The translations under genes were made by a program, and so were the position numbers. From Toensbergia leucococca (taxonomy: Eukaryota), in the NCBI GenBank assembly GCA_022813965.1, contig JALDZS010000089.1, forward strand, positions 1-64,000: a stretch of DNA of 64,000 nucleotides, read 5' to 3'. Shown piece after piece: positions 46,059 through 58,802 of this stretch (within the stretch, counting starts at the first letter, position 1; each line of letters starts with the position of its first letter). A model generated the notes under the pieces. It worked only from the letters and a program-made list of their open reading frames with translations, did no database searches and was not told where the DNA came from.

Positions 46059-49000
46059 TGAGACAATGAGTTGGGAGGTGGGGTGGCGGTCGGAGGGTTC
46101 GTTCGGTGAATGGATGATCGGGATGATCGGAGAGGTGGAGGCACAAATGAGCAGACGTCTTGACTGTCTTGTGTGATAGTCATGGACCAGGTGAAGTGCA
46201 TGGTTAGCAGCAGACCAACTCAACACCGGATCGCCATAAATAGGAAGAGGCGGGAATTGAAGGACACAATTAGTGCCTCAGAGAGCAGGGGCAGAAGATT
46301 TAAAAGGAAGAACAATAGCCTGGAAGGACAGCTATTATGGTAAAAGGTAAGAGCAATAACCTTCCGTGGAATGAAAAGTGGTTTGAGGAGATGTCTTGGG
46401 AAATAGCGATAGTTTGGCAACCTTGTCAGTTCAATGAATTCGGATTACTAGTGGGTAATAGTAGTAGTCAATGTTGTGTCAAAGGAATGAAGGACGTGTT
46501 ACTCTCACACGACACGCACTACTCATCCAGGCATGTCCAGAGGGCTGATCTCTTGTCTTGGTCGTTGTATCGGTTGATGTCAGAGTCATTAATATTCAGC
46601 ACCAGGCGCGGTGAATATGCAGCTTACAAGGGTGAACCACCATGTATCAGGTCCAATAAAACGGGCCTAGTACCGAATGCCGTGGGCCGCCCAATTGACA
46701 TTGGCTTTGGCTTTTACGAAGCAATGGCGGTGGTCGTTGCAAGATTTGCGCAAAGCCTTTCCACTTTCCAGCAATAAGATTTCATGGCGCCGTGTGATTG
46801 GATGCCGGGGCATGCTGGATCCGAGCAAGTCAAGTTGACTCCCCGCCTAGGTCCATTAGGACCATTAGGATGGAGGCCGGGCACTGTGATAAGGTCACGT
46901 ATCGAGATTATCCATGACACCAGATAAATTAGACAAGGAGACAAGCAAGCCCCCCCAACAGAGAACCTTACCAGTTGCAACCAGGCAGCCGAGTGGCATG
47001 TCGAAGGATGGATCCAAATCAAGGAGAGGCTAGCCCTGCGACCGGACAAGGAATGAAGTTTGGATTGCGCTTGCCCTTCCCTAGCTGCGTTCCGTGCTTC
47101 AGGAATGGCCTGGGTAGAGGGAGCGAATTGGAACGCGAGGCAAAGGGAAATCACTCAATAATCATCATTACACTACGTGTACCGGGAGGAGGGGGAGGGG
47201 GCAAGTGGTGAGAGGGGGAGACGGCGAAGTCGCTAGGGGGTGCTTCAGGCCTGTGGTGCTTTAGAATAGTGCTTTAGCCGACCTTCCGTTCGTTCTGTTC
47301 AGCCACTCCAACAAGGTAACCTTTTGTCTTACTTGTTGCTGTTTCGTCGCAGAGTGACGGAGTCACGCAGTCATGCAGTCAAACAGCTAGTCGACCGATG
47401 CCATGATTCTACGAACAACCAAGCCTTCCCTTAGTTCTTTACTTGGCGCAGCACAACAGCTGAGCGATGGATTTATGCGATAGGCAATTGCCAATTAATC
47501 CGAAGAAATGGGACAAAGCAGGCGGGTGCAAGTATCTTTGTTAGCCTTTGCCTGGTTGTCTGGTGGATCATGATGATCACTAGTCAGAAAAATCCGATGA
47601 TGGCTGTGGGCGAGATCCGCATTGGGCTTGGTTTGATTGAGGAGATGCGAGGCGTGTCGCCGTGCTTTGCCTCCTGCGTTCCCACTTCCATCTACTCTGC
47701 CAGCTCAGGCGGGCCATGCCTTATGCAGACTAAGCCGGAAGCAAGGAAGACATTTTTTTCACTTTTCGGCGGCAGTGTCCTCTGATCATTCAGGGAGCAG
47801 GCGCCCGTTGATCTGGGCCCCAGCAATTATGGGCTACGGTCTACGGATGGTGTGCTTATGAATTTTGAAAGGCACATGTGGTGTTGGCCGGGGATTGGCA
47901 CAGGCTGGCTGGTTGATGGCTGATGACGATCAGAAGGATAGCGCCCGTAGGCCCGAAGGCTGCAACAGCCAAGCACTGATGGGATGTTGCGTTGTGTCGG
48001 ATATGAGGTGTTGGATTCAGAAGATGATCCTTTTTTTTTGGTCCTGTGCGGCCGGAGGAATGTGCTTGTGCTTACTGCCACATACTACTAAAGAACTTAG
48101 GGTCGAGGGCGGAGAAGGGTGGTGGTGGGTGTTGAGCTATGTTGGTAGTATTGTACTCGGTAGTGGTACAAGATTCGTAATGAAATGCGGCTTGGAATCT
48201 GGGATTGGGGACTGGGGAGTTGGGAGTAGCGACTAACGGCATCCAGCGTACCTCTGCTTTGAGCGGCAGTTGCGTAGCTTTGTGATTGGCCGGCTGATGG
48301 ATGGCAGATTGGCCATGGAGTGGTGGCACTGGACCCTATTCTCGAATATCTTACTACGACATTTCCACCAAACTTCAGGCAGAAACATGCACCATGCTCC
48401 ATGCATTGATTCAAGACAAACATGTTGCTCTATAGGCGATGGATGATCAGTACGAGTTCCGAGCAGAGGTAGGAGTGCTCGAGTGGTAGGGCTTCGGGTC
48501 ATGTTCGTTTCAGTACGAGGGCTACGTGTCGCGATAGGGGCTTCTCTCGGACGGGCTAGGCAGTCACCACGCTCACCCTCAGACGTATCATGAGATCTAG
48601 AACTGTGGCCGTGATTTAGCCGCTTCAGTGATCGGCTTCGGAGGGGCCACTTCTTGCAGGTGACGGTACTCAACAGGAGGGATAAGAAGGCAGAAGGGTC
48701 AATTAGTCAATTAGGGTGGGGAAGGGAAGGCAAGGTAGCTAAGGTAAGGTAGGCTCAAAGAGTATTCTAAGGTAAGTTGTGCGAGATCGCTTCTCCCAGT
48801 TCTCCAGTCCAGTCCCACTCAGCAATCCTTGACCTCCTCCCTCTTACATACACCATACACCACTCGACAATTATTCTACCTTACCTCTTACCAAAGAAAC
48901 TAGAGTCCGCACACTGTCCTTGACCCTCGTACTTCTCATCCTTGGCACTTTGTAATCTATCATTGCATCGCATCCCTGATCCTCCTCACCGACTGCGATT

Positions 49001-50399
49001 TGCTTTCCTAGGCCAAAGCCAGTCATGGCCACTTGTCTTTTCATCTTCAATACGCTGCTATACCCGTCGTCCCACAGATGGATGAGACTTCGGGTGGCAC
49101 TGCAGCAAGGCTGATTGGGACATGTGAAGCACAAACAGAATATGCACTTGTCGTGATGACGAATCAATTTGCCTTCTTACCTTTTGCCGTTACATTTGCT
49201 TTGCTCGTATTAGTTTGCCCGTGCCCTTGATTTTACTTCCGCCTAGGATTCATAATCTACCACTGTGCCTATTCGACCTAATCCTTCGCCTTATTCTTCC
49301 ATTAGTCATGATTCTTTCTCTGTTTTTCAAGATTGGACAGAAAGTGCCGCCTGGATGCATGCCTTGCCCTCTCAATCCCAAACACCACCTCAATCGCCAG
49401 CCCCCGACTCGATCCGGATGCAGTTTTGTCATGGTCAACATCATCTTCCATCATGCCGTCTGCCCGTCTCCATCATCTCACCCTTTTCAGCTTTCCTTCC
49501 GGTATTATTCCTCAACGTCCAATCGCCTCCAACCCCTCGTTTCCTCTAGTCGTCTAAATTCACCTATCCTCTTTATCCCCCACCCTAATGAGACTTGCAT
49601 CTCTGAACTTTTTCATTGCCTCTATCTTTGCCGATTTATACCCGACAAAACATCCTTGTACATTGTCATTTCATGCTACCTACATTACATTTCCAAATTC
49701 TCTATGCCATATTCTGTACGCTGGCACTCCTGACCTTTACCTTTTGGAAGTCTCCCAAGTCTGTTCGTCCCAGATTACACATCGGTCATGGGTTATTACC
49801 GGTTCTTTTCAGTTGACGGGCTGGAAACACCAACGTCCCCTACTACGAGCACGAGTATCTCGTCTTCTTCATTCTTGCTCGCTACGTACTTATCACTTTA
49901 CCATACTCTTCACAATTCACCTCTTTCTTTGCGAACCAACCAGTCTCCTTGTCTCTCCTTTTCACAATTCTTGTGCACCCACCCTCCCCACAATATCCCT
50001 CACCTCCAACCCCACCATTCAACTCCATGATCCATACACCACCACTCCCAGGAACAGTACAGCATGGGATGTAATTAAATTACACTAGATGAACACCTAA
50101 ACTGACAGGATTTACCGAGGCAACTCGGGCCATGGTCTCGACCAGCACGCCACCCCGGTAATATCCAAAGCCTGGGGGAACTCGTATAACATGACAGAGG
50201 CCGCAAATACTCGGTTTGGACGTTGACTGAATGCCAAGGCTGCCAAAAGCAAAACCCTTTGACCGAAAAGAAAAGAAAAGATTTACAAAGCAAAATCAAA
50301 AAAGTATTAGGCGAATCAACAAAATAATGCAAAAAATGATCATAGGCACCTTCAAAACCAAGCATATCCCCCAAGCCCCAACTCCGAAAAGCCAGGCCG

Positions 50400-51200
50400 C
50401 CAGCATACAAAATTCCAATACAATCTCGCCACACTCAAACACCCCCAAGCTCAACCAATCCCTCCAACAAACCAGAACCCGCCCCTTTCATTCTTTTCAC
50501 CAAAGAAAAAAAAAGCAACGGAGACTCCCACCCGCCCAACCCCTCCCTAGCCTCACAAGAATCTCCCTCCCCACAACACTCACCTCACCCAGACCCACAC
50601 AAGACCAACAGCTCAAAAGAAAAGAACCCCCCAAGTCCCAAGATCCCCCCCCCGCCTTTAAAGGCTCGAATTGCCTCCAAGTCCTCATTCTTTCACATCC
50701 CTTAACCCAACATCCCTCAAGAAGAAAAAACCCAAGTTCCCAAAATAAACCCCCTTTTCACCATCCAAACTCAAGACCCCCTCCCTCCCACCTCATCCGC
50801 TCCCCAGCATCAAACAAATACCAACCATCCCTCCTCCCCCAAAAAGACTCACCCTCTCCCGTGAGTGGCTCCCCATCACCACCTCCTCCTCCTCGCCCAT
50901 CCTCCCCCCCCCCCCAAAAAAAACCCCCCAAGAAACCCAAAAAGAAACAAAACAAAGAAGTGAAACGGAGAGAAAAACAACATCTCCCACCAAAACCACC
51001 CCCTCGTTTCCAGGGAGCAACGAACGGGATAGACCCAGGCCAGTGGAAGTGGGAAGTCTGAAAATTTTGGGGAGATGATCTCTCTCGGAGGAGGGGATAT
51101 AGATGAGGGAAGAATAGAGGAAAAGAGGGGAGAGGGGTGGGGTTGTCTGGTTCTGTGCTCGGGGCATGGCATTTTGTGGTGTGGATTGGTTTATGAAAGG
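50400..51200. repeat. Low-complexity C/A-rich then G/T-rich intergenic tract
   Basis: C and A runs (C11 near 50904) up to ~51030, then G-rich; generates the spurious K/P-rich ORF 50231..51061. Confidence 0.65.
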
Positions 51201-51453
51201 ATGAATGATCGAGCAAAACGATATCTAGACAGGACCCCCTTTCTAGCGCATCTTGTATCGGTCAATTTTTCTAAAGGTGTGCATGTGAAGTTAGTTATTG
51301 CGATAGCAAAGGCAGTAGTAGCCATGTCTCTGGATGAGTGGAAGTTCATTATCTGAACAAGTTACAACAATCAAGAGCCCTCAATTCAAGCTCCCACCTC
51401 CCTCCCACCATCAACCCAAATCCCCAATCCCCTAAACGCCCCTCCCTTCGTCT

Positions 51454-54373
51454 CTAAACCAACACCCCACTCTCCCACCCCCCAGCCACACCCGGTACGC
51501 CAACCCCCTCCAAATCAACACCCTCCACCCTCCCCCTCCCCTCCCCACTTTCCCTCACCAAATTTCCAAACCAGCGTCTCGCAACCTCGCTCTCCCTCTT
51601 CACGCGCCCAGTGCTTTCTCTTCGCTCCCCCAAAACCTCTACACTACGCTGCAAGCCCGTCCGCAGCTCCTCGGCCGGAAAGCGCAGGATCTTGCGGACC
51701 TCGGCGCTGATGCGGAGGGAGTTGGTGTGGGTGTAGTCGAGTTGGGAGAGAGTGGTAGCGATGCGGCGGGAGAGGCGTGGGGGTAGGGATTGCGGGATGG
51801 AGTGTAGGGCGTAAGTTGTTGCCAAAAGGACTGTTGGTAGAAAGTGTTAATTTTGATTGTCGGGGAATTTTAGCTTGAGGGGAGAGAGAGGGTCATGTAC
51901 CTGTAGCGACGAGGCCGGGGATGATCATGCGGCGCATGTTCTGCGATCCCATCACCCTCGCCGCGCCCATGGCGCCATCAATCCAATTCGCCCCGCCCAT
52001 CATCCGCCCGCCCAGCACGCCCACAACCGTCATCGCCATACCCGTGCCAGCAACTTTCTCCTGGCGCTCCCACAAGCCACCGAGATCGAAAAAGTCCCAG
52101 AAGTCGACTTCTGTGTTAACTTGTCTAGCAAGAACATCCCTCTTACGACGGAACATCATGTCAGACTTGAAAGCAAGGTCGGTGTATTCGTTGCCAAGGT
52201 GGAGGATGCCAAGTGCTTTCATAGTGTTGACACCCGAAACAGTTCGTGCGCGAGCGTTATTCTCACAGGCGGTGACTGCGGCAGATATCTGGTCGAGCAT
52301 GGCGGATTTGATGTCTTCGGCGTATTGAAAGGCGTTAAGGAGGCCGGGGTAGGGGACGCCGAGGTCAGCTTCTGCGACTCGAGCGATGGTTGTGGTGAGG
52401 GTGGTACGAGTGTGGGAGTAAATGTCCGAGCATGTGTCCTCGATTGTTTTGTCGACGTCGTCGCTGACCTCGGCACGAGCTTTCTTCGATTGTTCATACA
52501 CAGGTTCGAGCTCCTCGAGTTCTTTGGTGACACGATCGAGTTCGGATTGCGCCAAGTCGCGATTCACGGTCGCTAGGACGTTGAGGTCTGAGAGGACGTT
52601 GAGGAGATAGGTTTTTGCCGGGGCGAGCTTTGACCGGGCTCGCTTTTCGAGGACGAAGCGACGGAGGGCACCTTCTAGTTGCTCGAAATCCTGGAGCTTC
52701 TCTTTGTCTTTGCCCTTGCCCTTTCTTGGGGGTGATCCGAGCTCGCCGTGCTTACCCAGCGATTCGTCATCTTCTGTCGTTGGGCCATCATCTGAGGGAT
52801 CCGAGCTCCCACCACTCCCTCCACCACTGCCACCTGGCCCTGGGTTGGGTGCAGGAGCGACAGGAATCACATTACTTGAGACAAAGTGTACGAGCTCTTT
52901 AGACTCTTTGAAGGTGCGTGGGCTTAGAGTGGCCACTTGCTCTAGGATCATGCGTTGACATCGTTCTTTGTCTCTTATATTATCGAAGCCATTGACCACG
53001 ATGAAGATGTATGCCTTTTCGTGTGCAGCATTCCAGATGAACTCCTTGGCTGATAGTGTAAAGTGGTTTGCAGCAGATACAACGAAGACGACAACGTCGA
53101 TTTCTTCTTGCCTCGCAAATACTGCGGTTGTCTTCAGTGAATCCGAATTTAGGCCAGGCGCATCAATTATCGAAATATCCACAACTCCGTTGTTGAGCAA
53201 CGACTCGTCTATCGTTCTTATATCTACGATGTATACCTTGCATTGGGTATACTGGTCATTATCCGTAACAATCTTCTCTAGCTCCCACAAAGGGAAAACA
53301 TCGTAAGTACTTTCATCGTTCCGGGTGTATTGAGCATCCTTGTGTACGGCATGAACCTCTTCTATGCCACCATTCTCCCTAGCGTCCAAGACTTCGCAAA
53401 AGATGCTCGTGCACGGTTGCTGGTCCTCAGGCATTACTTTTCGCCGCAGCAAGGCATTGCAAAATGTTGACTTTCCAGCATTCAAGTCTCCTGTGACAAG
53501 TACCTTGCTAGATGTATCCTCGATCCGATCACGTAGCAGCAAAAGATGCCGTATACTTTGATTTATCTTCCCGTCCAGTAGCGAAGCTATAGTACGTTTC
53601 TCAAATGAATGTACTATCTCTGATTGCGTCAACCCCTGGATTTTGAGGTCCAATTTCAGTATCGAGAACTCCTGGGCCGTCTGTGGAGTGATGAGTCTTT
53701 CTGGTTCTGCAGGCCTTCTCGTCCCGGCTACAGCGCTTGATTCTGCAGTTGTATCCTCGCCGAGGGATGTGGCAGCACGTCGTGCCCCTGGTCGTAGTGA
53801 GACATTATCCTTTTGTTTCTTGGAAACGCCTGCATTGGATTGTGTGTGGACAATTCCTGGTCTTGGATCAGGCCTTGACGGTATTGGGTCTTGCGCGCGT
53901 ACCGAAGGATATTGAGCAGGCCAAGTGGAGTTCATCTGCTGCAAATCTTTGAGTGTCTCAACGGTCTTGTTGATGGCGCGACCCAATGCTACACGATTCT
54001 GGTTGTAGTACAATTGATGAACGTGGCTTGCGAGGATCCTTCTCTCATTTTCGGCGGCAGGATTGGTCTCCCCTGGTAGAGTAGGGGTATGGCTTGGTGT
54101 TGGTCGGTCTTCTGTTATCCCTGGATGCCAACCCCGAAGACCCCCGTCGTTTGAATTATCTTCGCCCGCAATGCTACCACCGTATCCAGAGTCATTGTCA
54201 AGCGAAGCCATCAAAGCTGCAGCACTTGCTGGCGTGGAGCCAGAGCCCACTGTCATGTAATGAGGTCGTGGAGCTCGATGTGACGATGGGGTTGTTGCGT
54301 GCCTCGAAGATGAAGGTGTAGGTGATACTCGGCCAGGGTTAGAGCCATGATCAGGATGATACTCTTGGCTCAT
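51454..54373 (-). CDS. FZO1: Mitofusin, transmembrane GTPase Fzo1, 2 exons
   Basis: GDLNAGKST, PEDQQPCT, IDAPGLN, VNGFD, RRFVLEKRARSKLAPAKTYL motifs and two C-terminal TM segments; intron ~51901..51832. Confidence 0.96.
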
Positions 54374-54680
54374 TGTTATGAGATTGTGAAAGACGGTGAG
54401 ACAAGGAGCAGCTGTCGGTCAAAGATCATGGTAGGTAACGATAGGAGAATGGGTACGAGTCGAGGAATACGTGCTTTGATTGTCCCATGGAGATTTCGCC
54501 TTTCACTAGCACTAGCGCCACCTTGTGAAGCGAGACGTCATTCCTCAGGCTTCCGAATTAGGGCAATGTTACTTTTGTTGCATGAACAGTACCGAGTACG
54601 TATTTTTGTAAAAGAATTGCCCGACTACAAAATCACATGTGGAACATCTGGATCAGTACTGCCGACCCGAGCTCTCAAAT

Positions 54681-55474
54681 ATGAACGTGAGCTCTCCTCA
54701 CCCCATCTCCCAACCCGAAGCTGACCTCTCTCCTAGATCGTCGAATGGGCCTTCGGAAAACGCATGACCCCCCAAGAACGCCTCCGCAAACACCAACGAG
54801 CCCTAGAAAAAACGACCCGCGAACTCGACCGGGAAAGAGTGAAGCTCGAGAACCAAGAAAAGAAGCTAGTGCAAGATATCAAGAAGAGCGCTAAAGATGG
54901 CAAAATGGGCGCCTGCAAGATCCAGGCAAAAGACTTGGTGAGGACGAGACGATACATACAGAAATTCTACGCAATGCGCACCCAGCTGCAAGCCATCTCC
55001 CTACGAATTCAGACCGTACGCTCCAATGAACAGATGATGCAGTCGATGAAGGGCGCTACCCGTCTCCTAGGCAGCATGAACCAGAGTATGAAATTGCCCG
55101 CTTTGCAACGGATAGCTATGGAGTTCGAGAAGGAGAACGACATTATGGATCAGAGGCAGGAGATGATGGATGATGCCATTGATGATGTGACGGGGCTCGA
55201 AGATGAAGAAGAGGGGGAGGAGGTGGTGAGAGAGGTCTTGGACGAGATTGGAATTGATCTAGGCCAGGCTGTATGTTTCCCTGGTGCTCCATTTTGGTTT
55301 GGTTATAGGGGATGTGGGCTAATGGGTCTGGTGTGGGGGCTACAGATGGGAGAGACGCCGTCAGGTTTACAGAAAAATGCCGTGGCTGAAGGGAGGGTCG
55401 CGGAAGCTATAGGTGGAGCAGGAGGCACCGTCGACGACGACTTGCAGGCCAGGTTGGACGGTCTCCGACGGTAG
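54681..55474 (+). CDS. VPS2: ESCRT-III subunit Vps2/Did4 (CHMP2), 3 exons
   Basis: MN|IVEWAFGKRMTPQERLRKHQR...DDDLQARLDGLRR; 6-nt first coding exon 54681-54686; introns 54687..54736 and 55271..55345. Confidence 0.95.
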
Positions 55475-55831
55475 AGAGGCTACTTCATGCAATTTCGACT
55501 GTGCTTTTTGGGCTACACGGAGGAGTTTAGCATTCTTTATAGCGGTTAAATTGAACGAGCTGCGTGCTCAGGAGTACGGGGTAGGGGGTCTCTAATACCA
55601 TGTCAGCTTTCCTGCTGCCATTGTTTGAAAGAACTTACAATTCACTCCGTCACTATGCGGAATGAAAGGTAGCCAAGACACAATCAAAGTGCAGATCTTC
55701 TGCCAGGTCTAGGATTCGTACTTCTACTTTGGACCTCTCCGACTCTTCAAGACTTATCCTATCCTAGCCTCAGGATTGATTTAGACTATACCAAAATAGA
55801 TATACCAACACCTCATAGTCCTGGATTATTC

Positions 55832-58802
55832 TCATCTCCCGCCAGAACGTCTCGTCCTTCTTCCTGCTCCATGCGCTCCACGCCCGACAACATCCGTTAC
55901 AGTTCCAATACCCTTAACTCGACCTCCGCCATCCATCTTGCTGCTTACAACTTCCTTGCCTCCACCAATCTTTTTCACAACCTTCTCACGCCACACCTTG
56001 ACTTCTGGGTCCTCATATCCCAATTGGGTCATTTGCAGCTTCTGGCCTGCTTCCTCCTCTGTGTCTTGATCTTCAGTATTACGCAGCACCGTGATTTTCT
56101 CCGTCGAAGCTTTTCTGGCATTTGAAATAGAGGGTTCGATTGGTGTGCCGAGGCCATCAGTGTTCAAGGTATCCACGCTGCTTGCTCTCGAGAAATTGGC
56201 ACTACCATTACTTCGTGTAGACAGATTCGACGGAGCACGGCCTAGTAGGTGGCGTTTGCGGCGACCTAGTCTAGGGATCTCGGTAGCATTCGCTGGGGCA
56301 TTGGAGACGCCCCGTTGGTGATGAGCGAGCAAAGAATTGATAGCTGTACATAACGAGTTCTGCTGTTCGGCTCTTGGTGACTTTACCGATTCTTGGGATG
56401 CGATTGATTTCACTGGAGATGGAGAAGGCTTAGGTGAAGGATTCAAGGAAATCTCTGTTAGTGGTGCTGATCTGGCGCGGAGGGTATGTGACGAGTCTGG
56501 TCCTAGACTTTCCGGATCAAGGATTTCATCGGCAGATTTGAGAGTGTCTTCGGTTCCTTTTGTGTCTGTTGGTCTGGTATCTTCGTCGAATCTCTGAGTA
56601 TCTTCAGTGTCTTCGTCATCGTGGTCGTTGGAAATCTCTACAGTGAGGCTTGGAGTGCTCCTGTGAACCTTGCTGCCAGTCGAATTTGAGGGTTGTTGGA
56701 GGCTGTTACTCTTACTAGGCTCTTGGAGCTTAGTATGAAGCTCTAGCCGCTCTTTAACAGTATTACATGCTGAGACGGCTTGCCGCTTCGGGTCCTGGGG
56801 GCTTTCGCCACGTCTTCTGATCTCTTTAGAGCTTATGGACGGTTTAGCCATTTCCAATGCCTGCTCAGTACGGTGATTCGGTGTGGTGATATAAGCATCG
56901 AAATTCATGTGCTGACCAGCCCGAATGCAATCCCATAGCCAATCAGCGCTTACAGCAGGGATGTTCCATTCCTGGGCTTGACGCAGTTTACTACGGTTAG
57001 GCACAGGTGTATTGCACAGGAGTGCTGAGGCATCTGGATTGAGATACTCGTCGTAGGTGGCTCCTGGAGGCCGATTAGCATTATATGGGATTGCTATGCT
57101 TGATGGTACGTACCCATCAACTTAACAGCTCTGTACATATGTAACAGGTCTACCCCTTGGAAGCCGGTTGAGCATATGGTCATAGTTTCGAAACCTATAT
57201 CCGTTTAGTCCTAATGAAGATATCTCTTTTGGGCGAGTCTACCTGCTATTGGAAAACGACGAAAGGGAGTGTTCGTAATGTTGGCTTGAGGTTGCACAAA
57301 ATGCTTGTGGTGTAAACATCGTTCGATCCACAAATCAGTAACAAGCGTGGGCTGTGGTATAGCATCAGGAGTACGTGGAATCGCATGCCTTGGAGTGGTG
57401 TGAGGTATGAGAAGATAGCTGCCTTCATCCTCAGGGGTTGCAGGCGTAGGTGACTCCGACCATTGATCGAGGCCTGCTATAACGTCCGCATCATGAGAAC
57501 GTAGATGATCCTGTAAGATTGTAGTCTGGACATGTCCTTGAGTTAGGTCATTCTCGAAGTAAACTGTAGCATAATACATACCTTCTTTGCATCGAACCCA
57601 TGTATGTAGAACCTCTTACCCTGGAACAAAGCATCTTTATGCGAAGGTCTTGATATGAAAGTGGCCTCGGATTTGAGAGCATTATCTATACGTGCGTTTG
57701 GTCGGCCACTGATCTCGCCCTTTGACATGTGCTTGTCTGACTTAGGGTCCTTAGATTCGGCAATGCTGTGCCCAAGCCCTCCTTGCTGGTCATCCCATTG
57801 GTTCATCCCGACTTCTTCTGCCCCAGTCCCAAATGCTCCACCAACGATGTCAGTCCAGAGGCCACTGTTTTGACTGCTAAGCTTTGCACTCGCGGTCCTC
57901 CTTAACTTCCTTGACACGTTCAAGCCAATTTCCGTGTCTCGCGGTCGTTTACCTAAAGGAGATCTAGCAACAGGTCTTCGTACCCAAGCATTCCGACCTC
58001 TTTCAGAAGTGGGCAACAGCGGATGGTATAGGCTTTCATCAAGTATCATGCCTCTCTCAAGACTTTGCATGACCCACTCAGTCGACACAATTTTAATTCC
58101 CCATTGTCCTGCATAATTGTACTTGTTACCTGCAGGTTTATTTGCAATCAGATGGGTGATCTTTTTGGTTAGATCCCCGTTGTATTCTCCGCCGTTGTCG
58201 TTTATATAATCTTCCAGCTTTTTGCGGTAGACGACTGAGGTAGAGGTCAGTCCTTCCTAGAGCCGACCAGTATGCTAAGAAATAACATACGATCCTCAAA
58301 ACCAGTGACACATACTTTGAGGCCCATAAAAGTCGGTAGCCCATACTGAAGCTCCAGTGCCTCCACATCAGTCTCGCCCCCTTCAATCCAAGATAAACGC
58401 ACAGCCTCGATCCAATTGGGCGAGAGACATTTAACATCAGGCCTCTCCTTGGCAACATATTTATACTTGGGTGTGTCGGTATCCCCTACGATTAGATGTG
58501 TCACGTCGGACGTCAAGTCGAGTTTGTGGACAGCGCCCATCTGAGAAGCAACCGATGCAAGGTCCGACTAACCAGTATTAGGGCGATTCTGTCAGCCGAC
58601 TTTATTCCTCTCAACAAGTTACGAAGCCAATATGATCTTGAGCTTTATCTTCACTTACACGTCTTTCAGGAGGTATCGAGGTACAGCATAAGATAACCCC
58701 AGCAAGCGGGAGCTGAGATGTATCTGGACTTCTATTAGCACTAAGTGAAGACAAGCAAACACGCTTCAACTTACTGTAGCCCATTTCGCCTGCCATTCCC
58801 AT
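55832..58802 (-). CDS. Multi-BRCT replication/checkpoint scaffold (Dpb11/Rad4-Cut5/TopBP1-like), multi-exon
   Basis: PLAGVILCCTSI, DLTSDVTHLIVGDTDTPKYKYVAKERPDVK, FMGLKVCVTG, EWVMQSLERGMILDE, DLWIERCL and SADWLWDCI give four BRCT repeats; C-terminal QLGYEDPE. Confidence 0.88.

Noticed and set aside
50231..51061. 276-aa Lys/Pro-rich ORF
   Set aside because: Compositional artefact of the C/A tract; no domain.
54681..54686. 6-nt first coding exon of VPS2 as a novelty
   Set aside because: Tiny first coding exons are common in fungal genes.
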